Source of the DNA: Lama guanicoe
Lineage: Eukaryota
Assembly (NCBI GenBank): GCA_013239625.1
Contig: MU054001.1
Coordinates: 6,621,078-6,685,077 of the forward strand
Reading direction: 5' to 3'
DNA: 64,000 bases
Shown: one piece after another, positions 48,161 through 60,102 of the stretch
How positions within the stretch are numbered: the stretch's first letter is position 1
How the letters are laid out: every line of letters starts with the position of its first letter
Made by a program: the position numbers and the translations under genes
Notes under the pieces: generated by a model
Seen by the model: the letters and a program-made list of their open reading frames with translations, nothing else
What the model was told of the DNA's origin: nothing
Databases searched by the model: none

Positions 48161-48717
48161 ATTATCGTACTCCAGAAAATAGATGCAAAAATCCTCAACA
48201 AAGTATTAGTCTAATCCAGCAATGTACACTTGCATAATCACAGCCAAGGGTGGTTTATCCTAGGAATGCAAGGCTGGTTCAATATTTGAAAAATCAGTGT
48301 AGTTATATAAAAAAGAATAAAGAAGAAAAGCTATATGATCACCTCAATTTAAGAAAATCAACACACCATTCATGATAAAAGTATCAGAAAAGTAAAATAG
48401 AGCAGAACTTTTGTAACCTGATAAAGAGTGTCTGCCAAAACCTATAGCTGACATGGCACTTAATGGTAAAAAACCTGAATGTATTCCCCTCAAAATCAGC
48501 AACAGGGTAACTCCAACTTAACACCATACTGGAAGTTGTATACAGAGCAAAATGGCATACAGATTGAAAACTGTTTTTGCAGATTACATGATTATCTATG
48601 TAAAAAAAAATTACATAAAATACACCCTCAAAAAAGCTCTTGGAACAAATAAGTCGGTTTGCCAAGGTTGCAGGATAAAAGATCAATAGACAAATAGCAA
48701 TTATATTTTTATATATA

Positions 48718-48904
48718 CAGTTGACCCTTGAATAACATGAGTTTGAACTGTACAGGTCTACTTTTACACAGATTTTTTTAAGGGTAAGTATATAATGCTA
48801 CACCATCCATGGTTGATATGGAGGGCCAACTGTAAAGTTACGTGTGGATTTTTGACTGTGGAGGGTCAGCACCCCTAACTTCCGTGTTATTCAAGGGTCA
48901 ACTA
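48718..48904. mobile_element. Tigger2-derived MITE
   Basis: TA|cagttgacccttgaataac...gttattcaagggtcaact terminal inverted repeats. Confidence 0.88.
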
Positions 48905-51015
48905 CAGTAGCTGATTCAACATTTGTAGACTTGAAGAATGAACAGTTGGAGTTCAAAATTAAGAAAGCAGCAATATCATTTAAAATAGCACTCCTCCTCC
49001 CCGCCTCAAAAATACATACAGCATCTGTAAACTGAAAACTTGCAGAACCCTGATGAAAAAATTCAAAGAAGACGTAGATAAATGGAGATGTACACTGTGT
49101 GTACCTGTGGATGGACTCAATAATGTTAACGTGTCAGTTCTTCGGAAATTGACCTATATAGACAAACACAGTTCAAATTAAAACCTCAGATTTATTTTTG
49201 TAAATATTGACAAGCTGTTTCTAGAATATAATGAAAAGGCAAAGAATTATAAGTCAAAAAATTTTGAAAAAGAACAAAGGTGGAAGACTCACTACCTTAT
49301 TTCAGGACTTTAAATCTTTAGTAATCAAGACAGTGTGGTACTGACAAAAGGACTAACACGGAAATCAATGGAATGGAATAGAGCTCAGAAACAGATTCAT
49401 ACCAATATAGCTAACTGATTTTTTTTTACAGAGATACAAAGGCAAATCAATGGAGAAAGGATAGTCTAGTCTTCAACAAATGGTGCTGGAACAGTTTGAC
49501 TATGTCAAAAAAACAAAAACAGCCTTGATCTATACCTAATATCCTATACAATAAAATTAACTCAAACTATATCATAAACATTTATAATAAAGCTTTTAGA
49601 AGAAAACATAGGAGAAAATCTCTTTGACTTTGGGTTAGGGAAAGAGTTCTTAGATATCACATCAAAGAAGATTCCATTAAAAAAAGTTGTAAATTGAACT
49701 TTATTAAAATTAAAACTTTTTCTCTGTAAATGACACTGTTGAGTGAAAAGAAAAGGCACTAGGAGAAAATACTTACAAAACACTTACCAAAAGTTTTCTT
49801 TAACCCAGAACTCAAAACTCAACAACAAGGAAACTGCCCAACTTAAAAATGTGCAGAAGATTTGAACAGACACCTCACCAAAGAAGATTCAGTCATTACA
49901 AAAATGCAAATTAAAACCACAATGGAATAGCCCTATACCTCTATTAAAATAACTATAATTTTTGATATCTGACAATACCAGATGCTGGGAACTGTACAGA
50001 GCAACTGAAAATCTATTAACACTTGTGATGGGAATGCAAAATGATATAGCTGTCTTGCAAAACAGCTTGGTTGTTTCCTGTACAGATACCATGTGATTTA
50101 GCAGCCTTCTGGCTGGGTACACAGTAGAAGTAAAAACATGTTTACACAAAACAAACCTGAGTGTGAATCTTCATGGCAGCTTCATCCATAATAACCAAAA
50201 ACTGGGAAAAGTCCAAGTGTTTTCCAGTTGTTGAAAGAATAAACTCTGGTACATCTATGTAGTGAAATCTATTCAGCAGTACAAAGAGATGAACTGCTGG
50301 GACAGACAGTAGCAGAAGAGTCTCAAGCATGTTGTGCTAACTGAAAGACTCCAGACTCAGAATACTGTGTGATTGTGTTTCTGTGAAATTGTGGGAAAGG
50401 TGAAGCTGCAGGACAGCAAGAGAGCGCCATGGCAGGGATCAAGACTGGAGATGGATTCAGACTGCTGAGGAGCTGCAGGAGAGAATTTTGGAGGGCGATG
50501 GGACTCTTCTTGATTATGGTGGCTGTCGCGTGACTCCGTGCATTTGTCAGAGAATTTTATTACGTATTACTTGAGATGAGATTGAATGTCTTGATATGCT
50601 CAAATGTCAGCAAGGATTGAGTAATGGAAATGCTCTTAACTTGCTTTAGAAGAATAAATAGCTTCAGCCACTTTTGTAAGCGATTTGGCATGCTCTGGTA
50701 AAGCTGAAAATGGCCACAACCTGCAACACAGCAACCACGCTTCTAGATATACACCCAGATACTCATCACACAAGCACGTAATGAGAGTACAAGGGTGTTT
50801 GCAGCAGTATTTAACATATTAAGAAGTAGACAAGGATAACTGGATGGAGATTTATTTCTACAGTAGATACAAGATTTTTAAATGTACAAAACAAATACCA
50901 TGCATTTTATAGATACAGAAATTTAAAAATCTAAAAATGCATGGGAATTATAAAAATCATGCTCAGAATAGGGTATGTAGGAGAGACAGTGGGAACATAG
51001 GAGACTTTAGCTGTG

Positions 51016-51442
51016 CAAGTGACCCTTGAACAGCGCGGGGGCAGGGCTACCGACCCACTCACGTTGAAACTCAGTATAACTTTACAGTCGGCCCTCTGTA
51101 TCCGAGGTTCTGCACTCACAACCAGCTTCAGACGGTGTACACTGTAGTGTGTATTGAAAAAAATCCACATAAGTGGACTTGTACTGTTCGAAACTGTGTT
51201 GTTCAAAGATTAGTTGTACACAGGTTGGAACTATGCAGGTCCACTTATATGCAGATTTTTTTCAATAAACATTGTAGTACTGCAGGATCCACAGTTGGTT
51301 GAATCTGTGGGTGCAGAACTACGGGTACGAAGAAACCACAGATACAGGGAGGCCAACTATGGGACTTGAGCATCTGCAGATTTTGGCATCCAGAGCAGGT
51401 CCTTCGTGGAACCAATTCCCCATGGATACTAAGGGATGACTG
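51016..51442. mobile_element. Two adjacent, oppositely oriented Tigger2/MER8-family MITEs
   Basis: First gacccttgaacagc...tgttcaaagattagttg; second cacaggttggaact...ggatactaagggatgactg|TA. Confidence 0.82.
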
Positions 51443-53799
51443 TACAGAGTTTTGTTTTTTTGTTTTTCAATTTGATAATATTTTAATAATTAAATATTTA
51501 AGTGCGTAAGTGAAATTAATACTTTAGGTCTTGCTCCTTTTTGAAATACTTCATGAAGAAATGACTCTACAAATCTTTTTTTATAATTTTAGGAGTATTA
51601 TTTAGAATGTTGAATATTGGACAATATTTTAATAAAAGTAAGTTTTTTTTTAGAGTTAACATAGGACACAGTTGTACACAGTTGACATAGGAATTGGATC
51701 CAATTTTTGAAACTGTTTTAAACTAAAAGAATGAATAGTTGGTTTTGTGTAAGAAATTTAAAAGAAAAATGTTAAAGACCACCATAATCCTTGAATATTC
51801 AAAATGGGGTCAACTAGTTAGTAGGTGATGTTCAAGAAAAATTAACTTATGTATACAGAAGAGATCGCTGGTGTTTGAGTATATAAGTAGTGTTTTAGTT
51901 TGTTGTTATCAGTGGCCTTTCCATAAAAATAACAGCTGTCTGAGGATTTCATTGCATTTCTGTTGGGGTCTTCGGGGGCTCCAGTAAATAGCATCCTTTT
52001 CCCCACTAGAGTCATGAACCAATTGAAAATGTGGAGATTGAAAATAGCCCCTTTATTACAGCACAAGCTGGGGAAGGAGCTTAGAGAGTCAGATTGGATG
52101 TGCTAATTCCCTACACACTAGTTCCACCTCCCACCTGGGTCTAGACTGAACCATCCCATCCAAGGGAAGTGCTTCTGCAGAAGAGACCCATTTACCTGGG
52201 TCATTGTTTCTTACTCACTGGTCCAGGGAAAGAGGGAAGGGAAAAGAGATCATGTTCCTCCCCATCTAGGTAAGTCGCTCCACCTCCTGGGGAGGGTATG
52301 AGAGAGCTGCAAGGCCAGGAGTGTTCTGTAAAAGACCTCATCTTCTGCGATCTGGGGGAGAGAAGAGCAGTTGGCGCTCCCCTCCACCCGTTTCAGTTTG
52401 TCAGCTTCATGTTAGAAATGCTTTCTGAACTAAACTATTAACTTCAATATTTAACTATATTCACAATAGAAAAGAATTTCATTCTTGTCATATGATTTAC
52501 CTTACAACTTTGCCTTAAAGTGTAACCTTAAAATGTTACATCTCTAAAGAGCAGTTACTGTGGTCTTGTAAAAGTACTGTTTCTTTCAATTAAAAAATAA
52601 AGCAGAGTAAATACTTCAGACTTCTCATTTTCCTGATGATTAGCTCTACCAAAACTAGGTTTTATAAACCGAGTCACTTTTTCATTAATTGCCCAGAGCA
52701 AGAATTATACTGGATATAATTAGCATATGATCCTCTCATTGGAAGATCTTACAATCTAATGGAGAAGACAGATCATTACAGTATTAGTGATACTCACTAC
52801 CAGAGAACCATGGGCAGAATGTTTTGATTATATAAATGATGGAGAAATTAATGAGAACGGGTGGTATATTTAAGCAAACATATTGCTTCTATATTAAAAT
52901 ACATTTATGGAGATTTTGTAAAGTTTTGAAATGGAAATCCATTACCAGTAATTTTCCACTATTCTCATTAAAGTGGCAAACTGGTCATTTCAAATAAGCC
53001 TAAGTTACTATGTCAAATATAGCTCTTTGAGCTTTATTTTTTGATTGTTTACTCTTGGTTTTATGCCGTTAAGGTATTTTAGGGGGGAAAATATCCGACC
53101 TTAACATTTTTTTTATGGCGTGGCATCATTCTTCTACCGCAGAGATTAACAGCTAGCAAGTGAATACTCATTAGGTATCTTCAGTGGCAATCAAAGAAAA
53201 TCTTTATTCTTCATTCACTAAAATTTTAATCGTAGAGTCACATATGAGCAACTAGAGCCAAAAGAATGAAACCGGGCGTGAGAGTGTGTGTGTGTGTGTG
53301 TGTGCGTGCCTGTGCACATGGAAGGCACCCAGGGAATGGGAAGAACATACACTTTCAGAGTAATACCAACCTAGCTTCAAATCCTCGCCCTCAGTAACCT
53401 TGGGCAAGTTCCTTAATCCTGCTGAGCCTTAATTTCCTCCCTGTCTGTGAAGAATAATACTTGCTTCATTCTGTTCTTTTAGAGATTATGCTCAAAGTCT
53501 TTCTAAGCCCGCAACCTGAAGATTAATGTTCATGGTCTTTCTGAGCCTACAATCTAAAGGAAATCTTCCAATACGGATGGGCCAAGCATACTTTAAGAAT
53601 AACTTAGTGCCAGGTGGCAAGCTGCCTATAAAATTTGAAGGCAGAGGATACTAAACAAAATAAAACACTAATTGTGCTTATTTTGATACTCCAGTTTAAA
53701 TCTTTCTGACTGAAAATGTAGAAATTGTTATTTATGGAATAAAATCTTAAAACCACTTCAGTGTGCAATGGTAGGATAGCAGGTAAATAAATGACAAGA

Positions 53800-53948
53800 G
53801 GGGGAGAGTATAGCTCAGTGGTAGAGAGCATGCCTGGCATGCATGAGGTCCTGGGCTCAATCCCCAGTACCTCCATCAAAAAAATAAGTAAACCTAATTA
53901 CTCCCCTCTACAAAAAAAGAAAAAAAATTAAATATAAATAAAAAAATA
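53800..53948 (+). mobile_element. tRNA-derived SINE, Vic-1-like (camelid)
   Basis: gggggagagtatagctcagtggtagag...gaggtcctgggctcaatccccagtacctcc plus taaacctaattac and an A-rich tail; closely similar to 37188. Confidence 0.88.
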
Positions 53949-54445
53949 ACATCCTGGAAATTATTGCAGCTATGAAGAGAATAGATAAGTTTCGATGTGT
54001 TACAGCCAGGATGTGTGTATCTTACAATTAAACTTAGGTTTTTAAAATGTGAAGAAAAACTGAAAAAAGTTAATCACAATAATTGTTAGAGTAACAGAAT
54101 TATGAGTGTTTCTTTTATTTTCCCAGTTTGTTAGCACCATGAGATTGTTTTTATAACAAGGAAAATGGGTAAGACAGTCATGCCTCATAGAGCAAAAAAA
54201 AAATCTCTTTATAGACAAAACACAAACTTTAGGTTCCTTGATGCTTGGTTCCATTAAGACAACTAAAGAAACAGACCATTAGTCTTAGTTCTTTTACCTA
54301 CTTAGACATCAGCCTTTAATCTGTTGGGGTTTTTTGTCTGCTGTTATAACTCAATTCAGTCTACATAGTGATTGGATAGTAGAACTAGAAAATTAAAATC
54401 AATGTATATTTTTTAAAAGTGTTTTTCATTGTTTTATTGTTACAG

Positions 54446-54674
54446 ATTTATTTGAGGTTCCTAGATTATCAGATGGAGCACTCAAATGAATGCAAGAGAA
54501 ACTTTGTTGCAGTCTATGATGGAAGCAGTTCTATTGAAAATCTGAAGGCCAAGTTCTGCAGCACTGTGGCCAACGATGTAATGCTTAAAACAGGAGTTGG
54601 GGTGATACGGATGTGGGCAGATGAAGGTAGTCGGCTTAGCAGGTTCAGAATGCTCTTTACTTCCTTTGTGGAGC
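54446..54674 (+). CDS. NETO2: NETO2 exon 7 (rest of CUB2); gene continues beyond the window
   Basis: ttacag|ATT...GAGC|gtaagt; [76 protein letters not shown]. Confidence 0.97.
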
Positions 54675-55019
54675 GTAAGTAAATAATTCCTGTAACATTG
54701 AGATCTACATAATCATTTATTCAGAGTACAATTATTAAGCATTTCCTTTTGACAAAGACTGCAAGTCACAGAATGTAGAAGTAACTTGGTCTTTGTATTC
54801 TCAAGGAGTTGACTGTCATGGGTGAAAAAAAATGGAAATGCATAAATTGAAGCACTATCTTAGTATAAAGGGATAAACGCATAATAGGGGATGCAGAAAG
54901 TGGAGACTTCTCTCAAGATTCTCAAAACTCAAAGTAATTATCAGTAGTGTTAATTCAGTGTGGTGAGGAGTTGTGAATCTACCAGACCATGCATCCCAAA
55001 GATTTAGATAGACTGTTTT

Positions 55020-56005
55020 CTTATTTTAATTTTTTAATTTTTAAATAACTTTAATCTCATACAAAGTGGTTGAAAATAGTAAGAGTTCTCATATGCCCTT
55101 CACTCAGATTCTCCAGTGTTAACGTCTTACCAAATCATAGTAAAACTGAAAAGTAACAGATAAAATATTATTAACCAATACGTAGACCTTACTCAGATAT
55201 CACTAGCTTTTCCATTAGTGTCCTTTTCTGATCCAGGATCCCACATTGCATTTAATTGTCATGTCTCCTTCAGTCTCCTCTGATTAGGACACTTCCTAGC
55301 CGTTAATGACCTTGATGCATTTGAGGAGCACTGACCAGTTAGTAAAATGCCCGTCAGTTTAGGTTTGTCTGTGTTCTCTCGTGGATTCAGTTGAGATCAT
55401 GCATTTCTGTCAAGAGTCCCACAGAAATTACAGCATGCCTTTCTCAGCACACCACTCCAGTGAGGAGGGGGTACAGGATGTGGGTTTTCCTTACAGTAAC
55501 TTGGATCACTTCCTTAAGGTACTGCCTGCCAGGGTTTTCCACTATAGACTCAATTTTCCCTTTCTAATTAATAAGTCTCTCTGAGAATGTGTATATCTCC
55601 TTTGTTGATGGTTTCCTTTGCGGTGCAGAGCTTTTTAGTTTGATGTAGTGTCATTTTTTATTCTTGCTTTTATTTCTTTGCCTGAGGAGACATAGCCAGA
55701 AAAGTGTTTCTAAGACTGAGAGCAAAGGGCATACTGCTTGTTTTCTTCTAGGTCTTACATTCAAATATTTAATCCATTTGGAGTTGATTTTTGTGTATGG
55801 CATAAGGTAGTGGTCTAGTTTCATTCTTTTCAATATGGCTGTTCTGTGTTCCCAGTGTCATTTATTGAAGAAGGCTGTTCTTTCTCCATGGTACATTCTT
55901 TGCTTCTTTGTTGTAACTTAATTGTCCGTGTGTGTGTAGGTTTATTTCTGGGCTCTCAGTTCTGTTTCATTAATCTATGTGTCTGTTTTCTACAAATAAC
56001 ATGCT
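55020..56005 (-). mobile_element. L1MC-like 3' end and an adjacent L1 ORF2 fragment
   Basis: ccaggatcccacattgcatttaattgtcatgtctcc; [24 protein letters not shown]. Confidence 0.85.
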
Positions 56006-56194
56006 ATTTGGAGGGTTTTGGGGGGGTTTTTTCCTCAGTACAACTAACATTTACACTTTATTTAACTCTCAAAATGTGCTGCTTTAGAACAAAAAACTTC
56101 ATTGTCACTTTAGATTTATGCATATGTGGAATACATATTTTATTCCTGATTTAATGGAAATTCTGATTTTTTTCTATCACTATCATGTTTGCCA

Positions 56195-57005
56195 TTTTTT
56201 AATTGAAGTATAGCCAGCTTACAATATTGTGTTTTGGGTATATAGCATAGTGATTCAGTTATATATTTGATATATATATATGTATGTGTATATATATATA
56301 TGTATACACACACACACATACATATACATGTATATACACACACACCTTTTCATATTCTTGTTCATTATAGGCTCTTACAAGATGTCGAATATAGTTCCTT
56401 GTGCTGTACAGTAGGACCTTGTTGTTTATCTATTTCGTAAATAGTGGTTGGTATCTGCAAATCCCAAACTCACAGTTTATTCCTCCCCACCTCTTTCCCC
56501 CCGGTAACTGTAAGTTTGTTTTCTATGTCTGTGAGTCTGTTTCTGTCTTACAAGTTCACTTCTTCCATTTTTTTAGATTTCACATACAAGTGATATTATA
56601 AGGTATTTTTTTTCCCTTTCCGACTTACTTCACTTAGTATGACAATCTCCAGGTCCATCCATGTTGCTGCAGGTGGCATTCATTCTTTTTAATGGCTGAG
56701 TAGTATTCCATTGTGTGTATATATACCACATCTTCTCTATCCATTCATCAGTCGGAGGACAGTTAGATTACTTCTGTGGCTATTGTAAACAGTGCAGCCA
56801 TGAACTTTAGAGTGCATGTATCTTTTCGAGTTAGAGATTTCTCCAGTTATATGCTGAGGAGGGGGATTGCTGGATCACATAGTAAGTCTATTTTTAATTT
56901 TTTAAGGAATCTCCATAGTATTTTCCATAGTGGCTGCACCAATTTACATTCCCACCAACAGTGTAGGAGAGTTCTTTTCTCCCCATGCCCTTTGCAGGAA
57001 TTATT
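56195..57005 (-). mobile_element. Lineage-specific L1 3' end containing a (TA/TG/CA)n microsatellite (about 56270-56345)
   Basis: tttttaattgaagtatag start; gaatatagttccttgtgctgtacagtaggacc; homologous to 10947-11700. Confidence 0.9.
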
Positions 57006-57009
57006 GTGG

Positions 57010-60000
57010 ACTCAGTATTCTTTTTCTGGTTTCTTTAGACGTAAGGTTAGATTTGAGATTTTTCATTTCCTGAAGTTAAGTCTGTATTGCTATAACCTTC
57101 CATCTTAGTATTGCTTTTGTTGCATCTCCATAGATTTGGTATGCCATATTTTCATTTGCCTTGAGGTACTTTTTAAATTTTTCCTCTCATTTCTTTGCTG
57201 ACTAATACTTGTTTGGTAGCGTTTGTTTAGTCTCCAGATATTTGTGATTTTTCCAGTTTCCTTCTTGCAGTTGGTTTCTAGTTTTATACTATTGTGCTCA
57301 GAAAAGATAATTGATATGATTTTAGTCTTAAGTTTATTAAGACTTTATTTTGTGTTCCAACATATGGGCTATCCTTGAGAATGTTTCATGTGCATTTGAG
57401 AAGAAATGTGTATTCTGCATTTGGTGGATCGAATGTTCTGTATAAATCTATCAAGTCCATCTGGTGTAATGTTTCATTTAAGTTCAGTTTCTTTGTTGAC
57501 TTTTTGTCTGGGTGACTTATCCTTTGATGCATGTGGGGTGTTAAAGTCTCCTACTGTTACTGTGTTGCTGTCAATTTCTACCTTTAGGTCTGTTAGTAAT
57601 TGCTTTGTATATTTTGTTGCTCCTATGTTAGGTGCATATATATTAATAACTATTACATCTTCTTGATAAATCATCCTCTTTATCATTATATAATATCCAT
57701 GTTTGTTTCTTGTTACCTTTTTTGGCTTGAAGTTTATTTTGTCTGATAAGCTACCTCCGCTTTTCATGGCTGCTGTTTGCTTGGAATATCATCTTCCATC
57801 CCTTCACTTTGAGCCTATGTTTGTCTTTAGCTGAGGTTACTTTCCTGGAGGCAACATACAGTTGGGTCTTGTTTTTTAATTCTTCCATCCTCTCTGTGTC
57901 TTTTGATTGGTGAATTCAGTTCATTTACATTTAAGGTGCTTATTTAAATGAGGACATAGTACTGCCATTCCATGTTTTGTTTTCGGTTGCTCTGTATCTC
58001 CATTCCTTTTTCCTTGTGTTTCTGTCTGCCATTTTAGTTTGGTGGTTTTCTACATTTTTTCAGTTTCCTCTGTTTTTATGTTTCATGTCTCTGCTCTCGA
58101 TTTATGGTTTGTTGTTACTATATATGGTTTGTATAAAATGTCTCATAGTTAAAATATCCCTTTTTTTCTGCTCATAGCACCTTGTCTTCAGTAGCCTATA
58201 TGAATTCTGACCTTTTTTTCCTCCTCTTTCATGTTTTGTTGTCTTATAAAAATAATTATCTCTTTTATGTTGTGAGTTTGTTGCCAAATTGAAGTAGCTA
58301 TAGTTATTTTTACAGCTTTTCCCCCTTAACCTTTATGCTGTGATTAAGTGTTTAACAACCTATTCTGATACAGAGTAGCAATTTTCTGATTCTGTTTATC
58401 ACCTTACTCAAAATTTCATGTACTTTTGCCTTTTCATTTCAGGTCGGAGAGCTCCTTTCAACATTTCTTGTAAGACAGGTCTAGTGTGTTGATGGACTCT
58501 CTCAGCTTTTGTTTATCTGTGAAAGCTTGCTTTCTTCTTCATGTCTGAATGATAATTTTGCTGGAAAGAGTCTTCCTGACTGACAGTTTTTTTTCTTGCA
58601 GTATTTTGAGTAGGTCATTCCACTCCCTCCTGGCCTGTAGAGTTTCTTCTGAGAAATCTGATAGCCTAAAGAGGGTTCCTTATTGATTAATTTTTCCCTC
58701 CCTGGCTGCCTTTAGAATTCTTTCCTTGTCATTGAGTTTCAGCTGTTTTACTATAATGTGTCTTGGAAAAGACCTTTTGCATTGAGGTGATTAAATGTTC
58801 TCTCCACTTCATGAATTTGTATATCCAGTTTTTCCTCAGGTTTGGGAAGCTCTCAGCTATTATTTCTTTAAATAAACCCTCCATTCCCTTCTCTCTCTCA
58901 TCTTCTTCTGGGATACCCATTATCCTAATGTTGCCCTTCCCAATAGAGTTGGATAGCTCTCATAGAATTTCTTCATTCTTTGGTTTTAATTCTCTTCCTT
59001 TCTACTTGTATCATTTCTAGATTTCTGTCTTCAAACTCACTAATTCTCTCTTCCGTATGGTCTGTTCTTTCCAGTGCTTCTCAGTGCTTTCTTCATCTCA
59101 TTAAGTTTTTCATTAAGTTTATTTCTGAGCACATGGTTGAATGGCCTTTCTGAGTTTTCTTTTAGCTGATTGAGTTTCTTTATGACAGCTAACTGAATTC
59201 TCCATCAATTAGCATTATTTTGAAACTTTAAGTCTGGTTTCTGGAGAACTGTCATTTTCCTTTTGTGATACCATGTTACCGTGGTTCCTCAATTGTGCTC
59301 GATGACTTACCCACTGCTGACACATTTGAAATAGCAAACACCATTTCTTCTTTAGGTAAAGCTTTTTTCCCCCCTACTTGATTCTAAGGATTCAACGAGT
59401 TAGTAATTAGAGGTCTTTCTTTTTTTTTCCAGTAGGTGGCTCTCTAGCACAAATTTTTGGTTTCTCAAACCTGCGCCACCTCTGGTTATATTTGAGAATC
59501 ATTGTTTTCATTTTTCTCATTGATTGTGCCTCCAGGGTCATTGGTACCTTGCTGCTGCTGGCATCACTGCCTGGGGCACTGGGATTGCAGGGACCTCCAC
59601 TACATCTGGGGTCTCTTGGGCCACAGGCTCTGCTGCCATGGGAGGTAAGAAGGGTAGGAGGAAAGATGGAGTTGTAGGCGTCTCTGCTGTGACCGGATTT
59701 GTTAAGTTTGTGGGTGACACTGTTGCAGGCAAGGAGTAGGCTGGAATTGCTGGCACCTCCATACCTGGAGGAGTGTGGTCATAGGCCCCAGTGCCTTTGG
59801 TTCCCTGTGGCTGTAGGTGACGTTGCAGCCAGGAGGGTCATGTTGTATGGGCTACTTCCCCTGCTGCTACCAGGTTCTCTGGGGCTGCAGGCTCAGCCAC
59901 AGTGGCAGAGTGAGTCTGCTCTTCTCCTGGTTCCATGTCCTGTATGTCCCAGGCTACCCCACTGTAGATGTACAAACGTGTACAGCTCTTCAGCATCCTG

Positions 60001-60102
60001 GCCTGTTGGGCAGAGTTGAGTTATGGGTATTTTACTGGCTGTAGACTGAAGAGGAGAGACAAACAGAGCATCTTGCACCCCCATTTTGCTGATGTCACTC
60101 CC
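57010..60102 (-). mobile_element. L1 5' half (5'UTR, ORF1, ORF2 endonuclease)
   Basis: INIYAPNIGATKYTKQLL...VGDFNTP (EN); MGIPEEDEREKGMEGLFKEIIAESFPNL (ORF1); 5' end ggagtgacatcagcaaaatgg on the - strand. Confidence 0.88.

Larger units (their letters stand above)
42260..50570 (+). mobile_element. Nested cluster of mostly sense-oriented old L1 segments (5'UTR, ORF1, ORF2, 3' end) in NETO2 intron 6
   Basis: ORF1/ORF2 remnants throughout; interrupted by a younger antisense L1 piece, an LTR and a MITE. Confidence 0.85.

Noticed and set aside
54675..54700. Immediate stop after exon 7 read-through (possible soluble CUB1+CUB2 form)
   Set aside because: The intronic part of the donor is consensus (GTAAGT) and there is no canonical poly(A) signal nearby; a stop within GTAAGTAA is commonplace.
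59538..59762. Minus-strand ORF with a repeated EVPAIP motif
   Set aside because: Reflects a degenerate internal repeat in an L1 5'UTR; no evidence of coding.
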